A DNA stretch of 64,000 bases from Alphaproteobacteria bacterium. GTDB lineage: Bacteria; Pseudomonadota; Alphaproteobacteria; Bin95. Below the pieces are notes generated by a model. It was not told where the DNA came from, did not search any database, and worked only from the letters and a program-made list of their open reading frames with translations. Shown here in pieces: positions 48,549-60,477 of the stretch. The stretch is from positions 672,001 through 736,000 of the forward strand of contig OZ219786.1 of the NCBI GenBank assembly GCA_964291285.2, read 5' to 3'. A program made the position numbers and the translations under genes. Position 1 is the stretch's first letter. Every line of letters starts with the position of its first letter.

Positions 48549-49787
48549 ATGTACGACCTGCTGGAAGGCCTGCGGATCGTGGAGGGGTCGGCCTTCGTGG
48601 CCGCGCCGCTCGGCGGCATGGCGCTCGGCCAGCTCGGCGCCGACGTGATCCGCTTCGATGCGCTGGAGGGCGGGCTCGACTACCGGCGCTGGCCCGTGAC
48701 CGACAAGGGCGACAGCATCTACTGGGCGGGGCTCAACAAGGGCAAGCGGTCCTTCCGCGTCGATATCCGCAACCCGCGCGGGCGCGAACTGGTGCAGGCG
48801 CTGATTGCCGCGCCGGGGCCGGAGGGCGGCATCTTCCTCACCAACCTGCCCGCCCGCGGCTGGCTCGGATACGAGGCGCTCTCGGCCATGCGGGCGGACC
48901 TCATCCTGCTGAATGTGCTCGGCACCCGCAGCGGCGCCCCGCAGGTGGACTACACCGTCAACGCCTCGGTCGGCTTTCCCCATGTCACCGGGCCGGAAGG
49001 CCGGGAAGGACCGGTCAACAACGTGCTGCCGGCCTGGGACATCGCGACCGGCATGACCGCCGCCGCCGGGCTGCTCGCGGCCGAGCGCCGCCGGGCGCGC
49101 ACGGGCGCGGGCGGGCTCATCCGCCTGCCGCTGCTCGATGTCGCGCTCTGGGCGACGGCAACGCTCGGCTATGTCGGCGAGGCGGTGGTCAATGGCGAGG
49201 ACCGGCCGCGGGTCGGAAACCATATCTTCGGCACCTTCGGGCGCGACTTCCGCACCGCCGACGGCCGCGACGTCATGGTCTGCCTGTTCACTTCCCGCAA
49301 CCTCCGGGGCATCGCCGAGGCGGCCGATCTGGACCTTGCCTTCAGCCGGATCGAGGCGGAACACGGCGCGGACCTGAACGACGAGGCGGACCGCTGGCGC
49401 CTGCGCGAGGAGATTGCCGCCGCCGTCGAGCCGTGGATCGCCGCGCGCCCGCTCGCCGCGGTGGCCGAAGCCTTCGATGCGCACGGCGTGTTGTGGGGCC
49501 CCTACCTGACGTTCCGCGAGATGGCGGACGACCCGGGGCTGGTCGGGGACAATCCGCTCTTCGAGCGCATCGAGCAGCCGGGCATGGGCGCCTGGCCGGT
49601 ACCGGGCGCGCCGCTCGATTTCGCCGGCCTTGCGCGCGGCCGGCCGCGGCCCGCGCCGCGCCTTGGCGAGCACACGGACGAGATTCTGGCCGGCATACTG
49701 GGCCTGCCCGATGCCGAGATCGGACGCCTGCATGACGAAGGCGTGGTCAGGGGGCCCGACAGCCAGCCCGGAAGTCTTGGCCCGTAG
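48549..49787 (+). CDS. mct: Family III CoA transferase, mesaconyl-CoA C1-C4 transferase (Mct)-like
   Basis: N-terminus GLRIVEGSAFVAAPLGGM..GGLDYRRWPVT..WAGLNKGKRS and PVNNVLPAWD match the Mct family as I recall it. Confidence 0.75.
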   Translation: MYDLLEGLRIVEGSAFVAAPLGGMALGQLGADVIRFDALEGGLDYRRWPVTDKGDSIYWAGLNKGKRSFRVDIRNPRGRELVQALIAAPGPEGGIFLTNLPARGWLGYEALSAMRADLILLNVLGTRSGAPQVDYTVNASVGFPHVTGPEGREGPVNNVLPAWDIATGMTAAAGLLAAERRRARTGAGGLIRLPLLDVALWATATLGYVGEAVVNGEDRPRVGNHIFGTFGRDFRTADGRDVMVCLFTSRNLRGIAEAADLDLAFSRIEAEHGADLNDEADRWRLREEIAAAVEPWIAARPLAAVAEAFDAHGVLWGPYLTFREMADDPGLVGDNPLFERIEQPGMGAWPVPGAPLDFAGLARGRPRPAPRLGEHTDEILAGILGLPDAEIGRLHDEGVVRGPDSQPGSLGP

Positions 49788-49839
49788 GGCGAACGGCGCT
49801 ATGGTCCGCAATCTGGAGTGTGCGGAAATATCAATCGGA

Positions 49840-50345
49840 ATGTCGAAAATGTTGGCGCGCCCGCTGATCGTTTTGTCGATGCTCCTGGCCAGCGCCGCCG
49901 CGGCGCAGGAGCCGAAGCGCATTGCCGCGCATCATGACTGGGTGGCTTATGTGTACGGGTCCGGCGACGACAGGATCTGCTACATCGCCTCCAGTCCGAC
50001 CGGCTGGAAGCCCAAGGGCATCAACCGCGACCCGGCCTATTTCCAGGTGGCGCATTTTCCGGGCCGGAACCTGAGGGGCGAGATCCATGTCGAGGTCGGC
50101 TATCCGCTGAAGCCGAACAGCCGGCCCCGCGCGCGCGTCAGGGTCAAGAAGAAGAGGCAGGACTTCCGCTTCTTCGTCAAGGACAGCTCCGCCTGGGTGG
50201 TGGAGCAGAAGAACGCGCCCGTGGTGGAGGCGATGAAGGCCGGCAGCACGATGGCCTTCACGGCAACTTCGGCGCGCGGCACCGTGGTCACCGACAGCTA
50301 TTCGCTCAGGGGCTTTACCGCCGCCTACAAGGCGATCAACAAGGC

Positions 50346-50358
<13 letters not shown>
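49840..50358 (+). CDS. Invasion-associated locus B (IalB)-family periplasmic protein
   Basis: Signal peptide, DW..Y..CYIAS, VEAMKAG and [16 protein letters not shown]. Sits upstream of rlmN. Confidence 0.8.
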
Positions 50359-52696
<2,338 letters not shown>

Positions 52697-52711
52697 GGGC
52701 GCAACGACTCC

Positions 52712-53359
52712 TCAGCCGCCCTCCTCCCGCAACACGATATCGCCGTACCAGGCGCGGGCGCGCTGGCGGCTGTTGTCGGCGTCCGTCATCACGGCGACGC
52801 CCTCCAGTTCGTCCACCTCGCGGCCGAACAGGCGGCGGAAATCCTCGCGCACATTGCGGCGGTAGCTCCGCCATTCGCCGGCATGGGCCGGGCCGGACTC
52901 GACCGCCACCATGCGGACCTTGGCGGTGAACGGGTTGGACCAGTCCGCGCCGATGGGCGCGCTGGCCGACCAGACATAGGAGATCGCGACGGGCAGCGCG
53001 AACAGTCCCTCGCCCGGCGCCACGACATAGACGCGCGCCGCGAAATCGTCGCCCGCCTTGACGCGCTCGTCGGGGACCCGAAGCGGCGCCTCCACCCGCC
53101 AGCGCCACTCCAGCACCGGGCGTGCGGCAAGGTCGATCTCCCGCTCGAGATAGAAGCTGGACGCGGCGCCATCGCTTTTCGCTTCCAGCACCCGGGTCCC
53201 GCCGGCCTCGACGATCCGGTAGCGGGTCTCGCCCTCGAAATGGCGGAGCTGCCAGCCTTCCGTGTCGCCGGCCGAAAAGCGGCCCAGCACGAGCGGCTCC
53301 GCGCGAAGCGGCAGGGCGGCGAGCAGCGCGGCGGCCAACAGGGCGAAGCGGACGGTCAT
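52712..53359 (-). CDS. DUF3047-family exported protein
   Basis: Signal peptide, LEWRWRV, GDDFAARVYV, SYVWS and MTDADN. Confidence 0.8.
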   Translation of the reverse strand: MTVRFALLAAALLAALPLRAEPLVLGRFSAGDTEGWQLRHFEGETRYRIVEAGGTRVLEAKSDGAASSFYLEREIDLAARPVLEWRWRVEAPLRVPDERVKAGDDFAARVYVVAPGEGLFALPVAISYVWSASAPIGADWSNPFTAKVRMVAVESGPAHAGEWRSYRRNVREDFRRLFGREVDELEGVAVMTDADNSRQRARAWYGDIVLREEGG

Positions 53360-53494
53360 GGCGTCTCAATATCGCAGCCCCCGCCCGCCGTCACGCGGTT
53401 GCGGCAAAGCGGTCCGGGGAGTGTCGGAGTCCTTCCGCGCGGGGGTATTTCCCTTTAGCATCGGGCGGACCCTGTGCCGGAGGTGCCGCGCCCC

Positions 53495-54259
53495 ATGTTC
53501 GAGATCGAGATCGTCCCCGCGCTGTCGGACAACTACGTCTATATCGTCCACGATGCCGCCTCGGGCGCAACCGCCGTGGTGGACCCGGCCGAGGCGCCCC
53601 CGGTGCTCGCGGCGCTGGAGCGGCGGGGGCTGCAGCTCACCCATATCCTCAACACCCACCACCATTTCGACCATATCGGCGGCAATGCGGAGCTGGTGGA
53701 GCGCTACGGCGCGCCGGTGATCGGCCCGCGGGCGGACAGCGCGCGCATTCCGGGGCTCGATGTCGAGGTCGGCGAGGGCGACAGCTATACGGTCGGCACG
53801 CAGACCGCGCGGATCTTCGACGTACCGGGCCACACCAGCGGCCATATCGCCTTCTGGTTCGAGGAGAGCCGCGCGCTGTTCTGCGGCGACACGCTGTTCG
53901 CGCTCGGCTGCGGGCGGATGTTCGAGGGCACGCCGGAGCAGTTCTGGTCCTCGCTCGGCAAGCTACGCGCGCTCCCGGACGACACCCGCGTCTATTGCGG
54001 GCACGAATACACCCAGTCCAATGCCCGCTTCGCCATTTCGGTGGACCCGGACAACGAGGCGCTCCAGGCGGCCTGCCGGCGCATTGACGACCTCCGCTCG
54101 CGCGGCGAGCGCACCATCCCCTCAGAGCTCGGCGAGGAGAAGCTCGCCAACCCCTTCCTGCGGGCCGACCTGCCGGAAATGCAGCGCCTGGTCGGCATGG
54201 AGGGCGAGGCGCCCGAGGCCGTCTTCGCCGAAATCCGCCGGCGCAAGGACAACTTCTAG
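53495..54259 (+). CDS. gloB: Hydroxyacylglutathione hydrolase (glyoxalase II)
   Basis: DNYVY, THHHFDHIGG, GDTLFALGCGR, CGHEYT and NPFLR. Confidence 0.93.
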   Translation: MFEIEIVPALSDNYVYIVHDAASGATAVVDPAEAPPVLAALERRGLQLTHILNTHHHFDHIGGNAELVERYGAPVIGPRADSARIPGLDVEVGEGDSYTVGTQTARIFDVPGHTSGHIAFWFEESRALFCGDTLFALGCGRMFEGTPEQFWSSLGKLRALPDDTRVYCGHEYTQSNARFAISVDPDNEALQAACRRIDDLRSRGERTIPSELGEEKLANPFLRADLPEMQRLVGMEGEAPEAVFAEIRRRKDNF

Positions 54260-54273
54260 CCGGCCGCGGTTCC

Positions 54274-54747
54274 TTGTCCGGCGCTGAACCCGTGCTGTTC
54301 GACGCGGTGCTGACGCCGCACCGTTCCCTGCCGCCCGCCGGCTTCCGGCTGCTGATCGGCGCGCTCGTGCTGGTCGGCCTGGTGGCGGGGATCGCGTTCC
54401 TCCTGCTCGGCGCCTGGCCGGTGCTGGGCTTCTTCGGGCTCGATATCGCGCTGCTCGCCTGGTGCTTCCACGTGAATTACCGGCAGGGACGCCGGCGCGA
54501 GCGGCTCCGGCTCACCCCCGACGCCCTCACCGTCGAGCGCATGAGCCCGGCCGGCGCGGTGGAGCAGGTGCGCCTGCCGCCCTGGTGGCTCCGGGTCGAG
54601 ATCGACCAGAGCGGCGAGCGACCGGGGCCTCTGACGCTCGCCACGCACGGCCGGCGCGAGACCGTGGGCGCGTTCCTGGCGCCCTGGGAGCGGGTCGAGG
54701 TTGCGGAAGCGCTCCGCCGGGCGCTCGCCCCGCTCCGCGCCGGATGA
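54274..54747 (+). CDS. DUF2244-family membrane protein
   Basis: LTPHRSL, GAWPVLGFFGLD and GAFL..ER. Confidence 0.82.
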   Translation: MSGAEPVLFDAVLTPHRSLPPAGFRLLIGALVLVGLVAGIAFLLLGAWPVLGFFGLDIALLAWCFHVNYRQGRRRERLRLTPDALTVERMSPAGAVEQVRLPPWWLRVEIDQSGERPGPLTLATHGRRETVGAFLAPWERVEVAEALRRALAPLRAG

Positions 54748-54787
54748 CCGCCGCAGCATCACCCGACCGTCACCCAGCCGAGGCCCG

Positions 54788-55660
54788 ATGACCGATCCCG
54801 GACCGATCCCGCCGCGCTTCGAGCGCTTCGAAGGGGCGGAGGGGCTTTCGCTCGCCGCCGACATACTGGGCGACGACCACCGCCCGACCGTGCTGCTCGC
54901 GCATGGCGGCGGGCAGACGCGCCATGCCTGGGGCGAGGCCGCGCTGGCGCTGGCGCTGCGCGGCTGGCGGGCGGTCAGCCTCGACCAGCGCGGCCACGGC
55001 GACAGCGACCGCTCGCCCGACGGGCGCTACCTGATCGAGCATTTCGGTGCGGATCTGCGCGCCGTCGCCCGGCAACTCGACCGTCCGGTCGCGGTCGGCG
55101 CCTCGCTCGGCGGCATCGCTTCGCTCATCGCCGAGGGAGAATCGCCGGAGCCAGTGCTGCGCGCCCTCGTGCTGGTGGACATCACGCCCCGCGTGCGCCC
55201 GGAAGGGGCGGCGCGCGTCGTCGAGTTCATGAAGGCCCATGTGGAGACCGGCTTCGGTTCTCTGGAGGAGGCGGCCGATGCGGTGGCCGCCTACCTGCCG
55301 AACCGCAGGCGCCCGCGCGACCTCTCCGGACTGCGCAAGAACCTGCGCGAGGGCGCGGACGGGCGCTGGTACTGGCACTGGGACCCCGCCTTCATCACGG
55401 ATGTGCGCGACCGGCAGGAGGACCGCGACCCGGAGCGGCTGGAAGCCTGCGCGCGCGTGCTGGCGCGGCGGCGCACCCCCACCCTGCTGGTGCGCGGCGG
55501 CAGCAGCGACCTGGTGACCGAGACCGAGGCGCGCGCCTTCCTGGACCTCGTGCCGCACGCGCGTTTCGTCGATGTCTCGGGCGCGGGCCATATGGTCGCC
55601 GGCGACCGGAACGACGCCTTCAACACCGCCATCATCCGCTTCCTGCGCGATTTGCCCTGA
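54788..55660 (+). CDS. Alpha/beta hydrolase
   Basis: HGGGQT, DQRGHGDS, GASLGG and GHMVAGD. Confidence 0.88.
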   Translation: MTDPGPIPPRFERFEGAEGLSLAADILGDDHRPTVLLAHGGGQTRHAWGEAALALALRGWRAVSLDQRGHGDSDRSPDGRYLIEHFGADLRAVARQLDRPVAVGASLGGIASLIAEGESPEPVLRALVLVDITPRVRPEGAARVVEFMKAHVETGFGSLEEAADAVAAYLPNRRRPRDLSGLRKNLREGADGRWYWHWDPAFITDVRDRQEDRDPERLEACARVLARRRTPTLLVRGGSSDLVTETEARAFLDLVPHARFVDVSGAGHMVAGDRNDAFNTAIIRFLRDLP

Positions 55661-55717
55661 GACGGCGAACGGAGTTGAATGCGTCCCGTCGCGGCAGCCA
55701 CCCCCGGAGACACGTCC

Positions 55718-57034
55718 ATGCCGGATACCCCCGCCGACCGTACGAATTTCGACCTCGCCGCCGCGCTGGAGGACGCCGAGGCCCGCTTCGCCGAGGCCAA
55801 TCCCACCAGCGCCGGCCTCTACGAGCAGGCCTGCCGCGCCATGCCGGGCGGCAATACCCGCACCGTGCTCTACTACCCGCCTTTCCCGGTTTCGCTCGCG
55901 CGCGGCGACGGCTGCTATGTTGAGGACGCCGACGGCCACCGCTATGCGGATTTCGTCGTCGAGCAGACCGCCGGCATTTACGGCCACTCGGAGCCCGCCA
56001 TCCAGCGGGCCATCTCCTCCGCCCTCGCCCAGGGCATCACGCTCGGCGGCCCGACGCCGCGCGAGGGCCGGCTTGCGGAGATCATGTGCGAGCGCTTCCC
56101 CTCGCTCGACATGGTGCGCTTCACCAACTCCGGCACCGAGGCGAACCTGATGGCGTTGAGCGCGGCGCGCGCCTTCACCGGGCGCACCGCCATTCTCGCT
56201 TTCGAGGGCAGCTACCATGGCAGCGTGCTTTCCTTCGGCGCCTATGGCAACCGGATGAACGTCCCCCTCGACTGGGTGATGGGGCGCTACAACGACATGG
56301 AAGGCACGCGCGCGCTCATCGAGGAGAACAGGGACAATCTCGCGGCCATCATCATCGAGCCGATGACCGGCAGCGGCGGCTGCATCCCGGCCGAGCCCGA
56401 GTTCCTGCAAATGCTGCGCGATGCGGCCGACGAGCATGGCATCATCCTGCAATTCGACGAGGTGATGACCTCGCGCCTCGGCCCCGGCGGCCTGCAGAAG
56501 GTGCATGGCATCACCCCGGACATGACCTCGTTCGGCAAATATCTGGGCGGCGGCCTCACCTTCGGCGCCTTCGGCGGCAAGGCGGAGGTGATGTCGCGCT
56601 TCGACCCGCGCGAGCCGGACCATTTCGGCCATGCCGGCACCTTCAACAACAATGTCCTGACCATGCAGGCGGCGATCGCGGGGCTGACGGAGGTGTACAC
56701 CGAGAAGGCGGCGGAGGAGATCAACGCCCAGGGGGACCTGCTGCGCCACCGCCTGAACAATGCCGCGGAGACGCGCAACCTGCCCGTGCAGGTGACCGGC
56801 TACGGCTCCATGATGATGTTCCACCCGACCGACGCCGACCTCACCGGCCCGAAGGACACCGACGCCGCGCCGAAGGAGGCCCGCGCCCTCTTCCACCTGG
56901 AGATGATGGCCCGCGCCCACTATGTCTCGCGCCGCGGCATGATGGTCCTCTCGCTGCCCATGGGCCCGGAGGAATTCGACGGCCTGACGGCGGCCTTCGA
57001 GGATATTCTGGATACTTACGGCGCGCTGTTCTGA
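55718..57034 (+). CDS. Class III aminotransferase (GSA-aminomutase/beta-amino-acid transaminase-like)
   Basis: MPGGNTR, FTNSGTEA, FDEVMTSR, FGKYLGGG and HAGTFNNN. Confidence 0.88.
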   Translation: MPDTPADRTNFDLAAALEDAEARFAEANPTSAGLYEQACRAMPGGNTRTVLYYPPFPVSLARGDGCYVEDADGHRYADFVVEQTAGIYGHSEPAIQRAISSALAQGITLGGPTPREGRLAEIMCERFPSLDMVRFTNSGTEANLMALSAARAFTGRTAILAFEGSYHGSVLSFGAYGNRMNVPLDWVMGRYNDMEGTRALIEENRDNLAAIIIEPMTGSGGCIPAEPEFLQMLRDAADEHGIILQFDEVMTSRLGPGGLQKVHGITPDMTSFGKYLGGGLTFGAFGGKAEVMSRFDPREPDHFGHAGTFNNNVLTMQAAIAGLTEVYTEKAAEEINAQGDLLRHRLNNAAETRNLPVQVTGYGSMMMFHPTDADLTGPKDTDAAPKEARALFHLEMMARAHYVSRRGMMVLSLPMGPEEFDGLTAAFEDILDTYGALF

Positions 57035-57060
57035 GGAGCGCTTCCCGGCGGCGGAAAAGG

Positions 57061-57284
57061 TCAGGGCAGGCCCGCGGCCTTTCGGAGCGCGTCGTTGATG
57101 CGGGTTTGCCACCCGGGCCCGCCGGAGCGGAAGGCAGCAAGGACATCGGGATCGAGACGGAGGGTGGTCCGAACCTTCGTCACATCGGATTTCGGCCGGC
57201 CGCGGCGCAGCGGGCCCTGGCGAATTTCGCCTGCCATTCGGGGGTGCTGAAATCCGGCAGGTCATCGTCCGAATCGGGAGGCAT
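57061..57284 (-). pseudogene. BrnA-family antitoxin, frameshifted near 57213
   Basis: MPPDSDDDLPDFSTPEWQAKFARA, then after a 1-nt shift LRRGRPKSDVTKVRTTLRLDPDVLAAFRSGGPGWQTRINDALRKAAGLP. The span is 224 nt, one short of a multiple of 3. Confidence 0.82.
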
Positions 57285-57330
57285 AGAGCTCTTGTTCACG
57301 GGCGTTGGCCTTTCTCGTGTTTATGATGCG
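57262..57330 (-). pseudogene. C-terminal remnant of a BrnT-family toxin
   Basis: RIINTRKANAREQELY resembles the BrnT C-terminal RIISARKA..RE..Y motif and overlaps the brnA start. The 5' part is absent. Confidence 0.65.
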
Positions 57331-57361
57331 CCAAGCAGCAAGCGGCAAGCGGGACAGGCTT

Positions 57362-58540
57362 ATGAAATACGACGTCATCGTCATCGGCGGCGGGCTTCAC
57401 GGCAGCAGCACGGCTTATCACCTGGCCGTCCGCGAACCGGGGCTCGGCATCGCGGTGGTCGAGCGCGACCCGGCCTATGAGCATGCCGCCTCGATCCGCT
57501 CGACGGCCGGCGTGCGGGCCATGTTCTCGCAGGAAGAGAATGTGCGCATGTCGCAATACGGCCACGAGTTCTACCGGGGCTACGAGCGGACGATGACCGT
57601 GGACGGCGATCCGGCCACCGTGTCCTTTCGCCGTCAGGGCTATCTGCACATCGCGACTTCGCCCGAAATGGCCGGGAGCATGCGCGCCAATCACGCGCTC
57701 CAGAGACGCCTCGGCTGCAATGTCGACCTTCTCGATGCGGCCGGGACGGCGTCCCGCTTTCCCTCGCTCCGCACCGGCGACATGGTCTGCGCGACCCACT
57801 CCCCCGACGACGGCTGGATCGATTCGCACGGCGCGCTGACGGCGCTCAGGCGCAAGGCGCGGGCGCTCGGCGTCAGCTACATCGCGGGCTCGGTGGCCGG
57901 TCTGAACGTCTCCTCCGGCCTCGTCCGTTCGGTTGCGCTCGAAAGCGGCGAGGTGCTGGAGGGCGACCGGGTCGTCAACAATGCCGGCGCTTGGGCGCAC
58001 GAGGTCTCTGCGATGGTCGGCCTCGACATTCCGGTCCGCCCGATGCCGCGCACGACCTGGTTTTTCGACTGCCGGGCGGAGATCGAGCCGCTGCCGCTCA
58101 CCACTGACGCCGCGAACGGCCATTCGATCGGGTTCCGGCCCGAAGGCGCGGGCTTTATCGCAGGCATATCCGACTACGAGCGCACCGGCGATTTCGACTG
58201 GGAGCCGGACCTGGAAGGGTTCGAGAGCGAGGCGTGGCCGCGCCTCGCGCACCGCGTGCCGGCGTTCGAGGCGATCCGGCTCAGGAACGCCTGGGCCTGC
58301 CACTACGCCTACAACACCTTCGACGGAAACATGATTATCGGCGCATGGCCGGGCGCGCCGGAGAATTTCCTCATCGCGACCGGGTTTTCCGGCCACGGCC
58401 TCCAGCACGCGCCGGCGGCGGGCCGGGCGCTCTCGGAACTGATTCTCGACGGAGGCTTTGCGACCATCGATCTCGACCGCTTCCATTGCCGACGCGTCCC
58501 CGAAAACAGGCGCGAACCGGAGCGCGGCGTAACCGCTTGA
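57362..58540 (+). CDS. FAD-dependent oxidoreductase (DadA/sarcosine oxidase beta/FOXRED1-like)
   Basis: VIVIGGGLHG, VVNNAGAWA and GFSGHGLQHAPA. Confidence 0.9.
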   Translation: MKYDVIVIGGGLHGSSTAYHLAVREPGLGIAVVERDPAYEHAASIRSTAGVRAMFSQEENVRMSQYGHEFYRGYERTMTVDGDPATVSFRRQGYLHIATSPEMAGSMRANHALQRRLGCNVDLLDAAGTASRFPSLRTGDMVCATHSPDDGWIDSHGALTALRRKARALGVSYIAGSVAGLNVSSGLVRSVALESGEVLEGDRVVNNAGAWAHEVSAMVGLDIPVRPMPRTTWFFDCRAEIEPLPLTTDAANGHSIGFRPEGAGFIAGISDYERTGDFDWEPDLEGFESEAWPRLAHRVPAFEAIRLRNAWACHYAYNTFDGNMIIGAWPGAPENFLIATGFSGHGLQHAPAAGRALSELILDGGFATIDLDRFHCRRVPENRREPERGVTA

Positions 58541-58996
58541 CACGTTGCATTAGAGCGGCACCCGTTCGGGTTGAAACGGCTTCGTCCGTAAAGCCTCAAG
58601 CATCACCCCGGACGGCACGTCAGCAGCCTGCCCCGGACTTGATCCGGGGCGACGAGCCTTTCATGAAATTTAGGTAATATTTCTCTATTTCTGGTCTGAA
58701 TCAGGAAAACCCGTGATATGATGGGTTCGAGGTAAGCGGCATCCGGAGCCGCTTCCCGCCCGCGCCGGCCCGGTGCGGAACGACCCCGATTCAGCCGACA
58801 GGCGAGGCGCGTCCTGCGCCTGCCTCGCGCACGCGCAATCAGGCGCGCGAACCGCGCCGGCGCAATGGCGCGCCCGCGCCGGCACAGGCGCCCGCGCAGG
58901 ATACGCGCGAATAGGGGTCGCTCCGATGCCGGGACGGTGCGTCTGCCAACCCGCTCCGGTGTCCGCACCGGGCGCAAGCCGAACCAGGGAGCCGCC

Positions 58997-59296
58997 ATGC
59001 CTATCATCGACCCGACCGTCGCCCTCTCCACCCGCCAGGAAGCCTTCTGCCGCCACTGCACGGCTTCCGGCAATGCCGCAGACGCCGCAAGGCGCGCCGG
59101 CTATGCCGAACGCTCCGCAAGGCAGACAGGATGCGCGCTCCTGGAGCGGCCCTGGATCGTGGAGAACATCGAACAGCGCCGCCGGGACAGCCTCGACTGG
59201 CTCCAGAGGGCCGGACCCCTCAATGCGCCCCGGCAGCCGGACGGGCCCGACGGCGGGGATTTCACCCCGACCATGACAAAACATGACATTTCATGA
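58997..59296 (+). CDS. Terminase small subunit-like HTH protein (99 aa)
   Basis: LSTRQEAFCRH..GNAADAARRAGY.ERSARQTGCALLERPWI matches the TerS N-terminal pattern (LT.KQ..F...Y....NAT.AA..AGYS..A...G..LL..P.I). RBS AGGGAG. Confidence 0.72.
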   Translation: MPIIDPTVALSTRQEAFCRHCTASGNAADAARRAGYAERSARQTGCALLERPWIVENIEQRRRDSLDWLQRAGPLNAPRQPDGPDGGDFTPTMTKHDIS

Positions 59297-59298
59297 CA
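59272..59298 (+). repeat. CATGACA heptamer triplet (10-bp period)
   Basis: CATGACAAAACATGACATTTCATGACA; 25/27 identical to 39340-39366. Confidence 0.9.
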
Positions 59299-59332
59299 CG
59301 GCGCTGGAGTGGGCCCCTTGGGTCGGACAGTT

Positions 59333-60127
59333 TCACGCGGCATTTTTGACAGGGTTGCGTTGTTGTTTCTCCTCGAAGCGGTTTGGGCTCAGATATCCGA
59401 GGGCGGAGTGCAGGCGTCTGTGGTTGTAGCTGTCGATGAAGCGTGGCAGTTGCCTTGCGACGTCTTCGGCGGTCTCGAAGGCCATGGGATAGACGCCTTC
59501 GACCTTCAGGGTTTTCATGAAGCTCTCCATCATGGCGTTGTCGTAGGGGTTGGCTCGTCGTCCCATGGAGCCGACCATCCCGTGTTTGTCGAGCCGGGTC
59601 CGGTAGGCATGGGCGGCGTATTGCGAGCCCCTGTCGGAGTGGTGGATGCAGCCGGGCTGAGGGCTTCGGTTCCCGATCGCCTTGTCGAGCGCCGCGAGCG
59701 TCAGGCGCGCGTCGATGCGTTGCCCGAGCGCGTAGCCGACAATGCGGCGCGACCAGGCGTCCATGACCGCCGCCAGATAGACGAAGCCGTCCAGGATGGC
59801 GATGTAGGTCAGGTCGGCGACCCAGAGCCGGTTCGGGCCCTCGACCTCGCAGTCCCGGGACCGGTCCGGGAAGACCGGCCCGTCGTGGCCGCTGTCCGTG
59901 GTGGCGACAAAGCGGCGCTTGCGCGGCGGCTGCAGGGCGTGTTCGCGCATCAGCCGCCTGACCTTCTTGTGGTTGACGGTCCGGCCCCGGTGGCGAAGTT
60001 CCGCCTGCATGCGCCGCCAGCCATAGGCCTCGAACTCGTCCTTGATCTCGTGCATCGCCTCGACCAGGGCGGTGTCGTCGACCGGGCTCTGCGGCTCGCG
60101 GTAACAGGTGGAGCGCGCGATCCCCAT
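59333..60127 (-). CDS. IS3-family transposase OrfB (rve integrase core)
   Basis: YGWRRM, WVADLTYI, HHSDRGSQY, DNAMMESF and HSALGY. Confidence 0.92.
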   Translation of the reverse strand: MGIARSTCYREPQSPVDDTALVEAMHEIKDEFEAYGWRRMQAELRHRGRTVNHKKVRRLMREHALQPPRKRRFVATTDSGHDGPVFPDRSRDCEVEGPNRLWVADLTYIAILDGFVYLAAVMDAWSRRIVGYALGQRIDARLTLAALDKAIGNRSPQPGCIHHSDRGSQYAAHAYRTRLDKHGMVGSMGRRANPYDNAMMESFMKTLKVEGVYPMAFETAEDVARQLPRFIDSYNHRRLHSALGYLSPNRFEEKQQRNPVKNAA

Positions 60128-60477
60128 CAGTCGGCATCCTTCGGCAACGGAGAGGCCTCGGGGCCGGCGATCACGGACATGGGCGCGCGCCTCGACCGCC
60201 GTCCTTGCCGCAAAGCCCCCTTTAGGAACTCCAGCTCCGCGGCCTGCCGGCCGACCAGCCGTTCGAGCGTCGCGATCCGGGCCTCATACGCCCGGAGCGT
60301 GTCAGCCGCCTCGGCCTCCTCATCGAAGGCGCCGGCCTCGTATTTCTCCAGCCACAGCCGGATCAGGGTGCGAGACAGGTCATGACGGCGGGCCAGACCG
60401 TAAAACGTCTCGCCTGCCAGATACTCCTCAACGACCTGGCGCTTGAAGGCCATGCTGTGCGTGCGGTGCTTCCTCAT
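60127..60477 (-). CDS. IS3-family transposase OrfA (HTH)
   Basis: MRKHRTHSMAFKRQVVEEY..LARRHDLSRTLIRLW. Its stop overlaps the OrfB ATG (TGATG). Confidence 0.88.
   Translation of the reverse strand: MRKHRTHSMAFKRQVVEEYLAGETFYGLARRHDLSRTLIRLWLEKYEAGAFDEEAEAADTLRAYEARIATLERLVGRQAAELEFLKGALRQGRRSRRAPMSVIAGPEASPLPKDAD

Larger units (their letters stand above)
58562..59298 (+). repeat. Dispersed structured intergenic element, copy 3 (carries the terS-like ORF)
   Basis: Core 58713-58912 is about 94% identical to 38937-39136. REP-like hairpin GCCCCGGACTTGATCCGGGGC at 58630-58650. CATGACA triplet at 59272-59298. Confidence 0.9.

Noticed and set aside
58603-59284. Overlapping ORFs across the structured repeat core (also 38997-39302)
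   Set aside because: They are Arg/Ala/Pro-rich translations of GC-rich palindromic DNA. Only the RBS-led downstream ORFs were kept.
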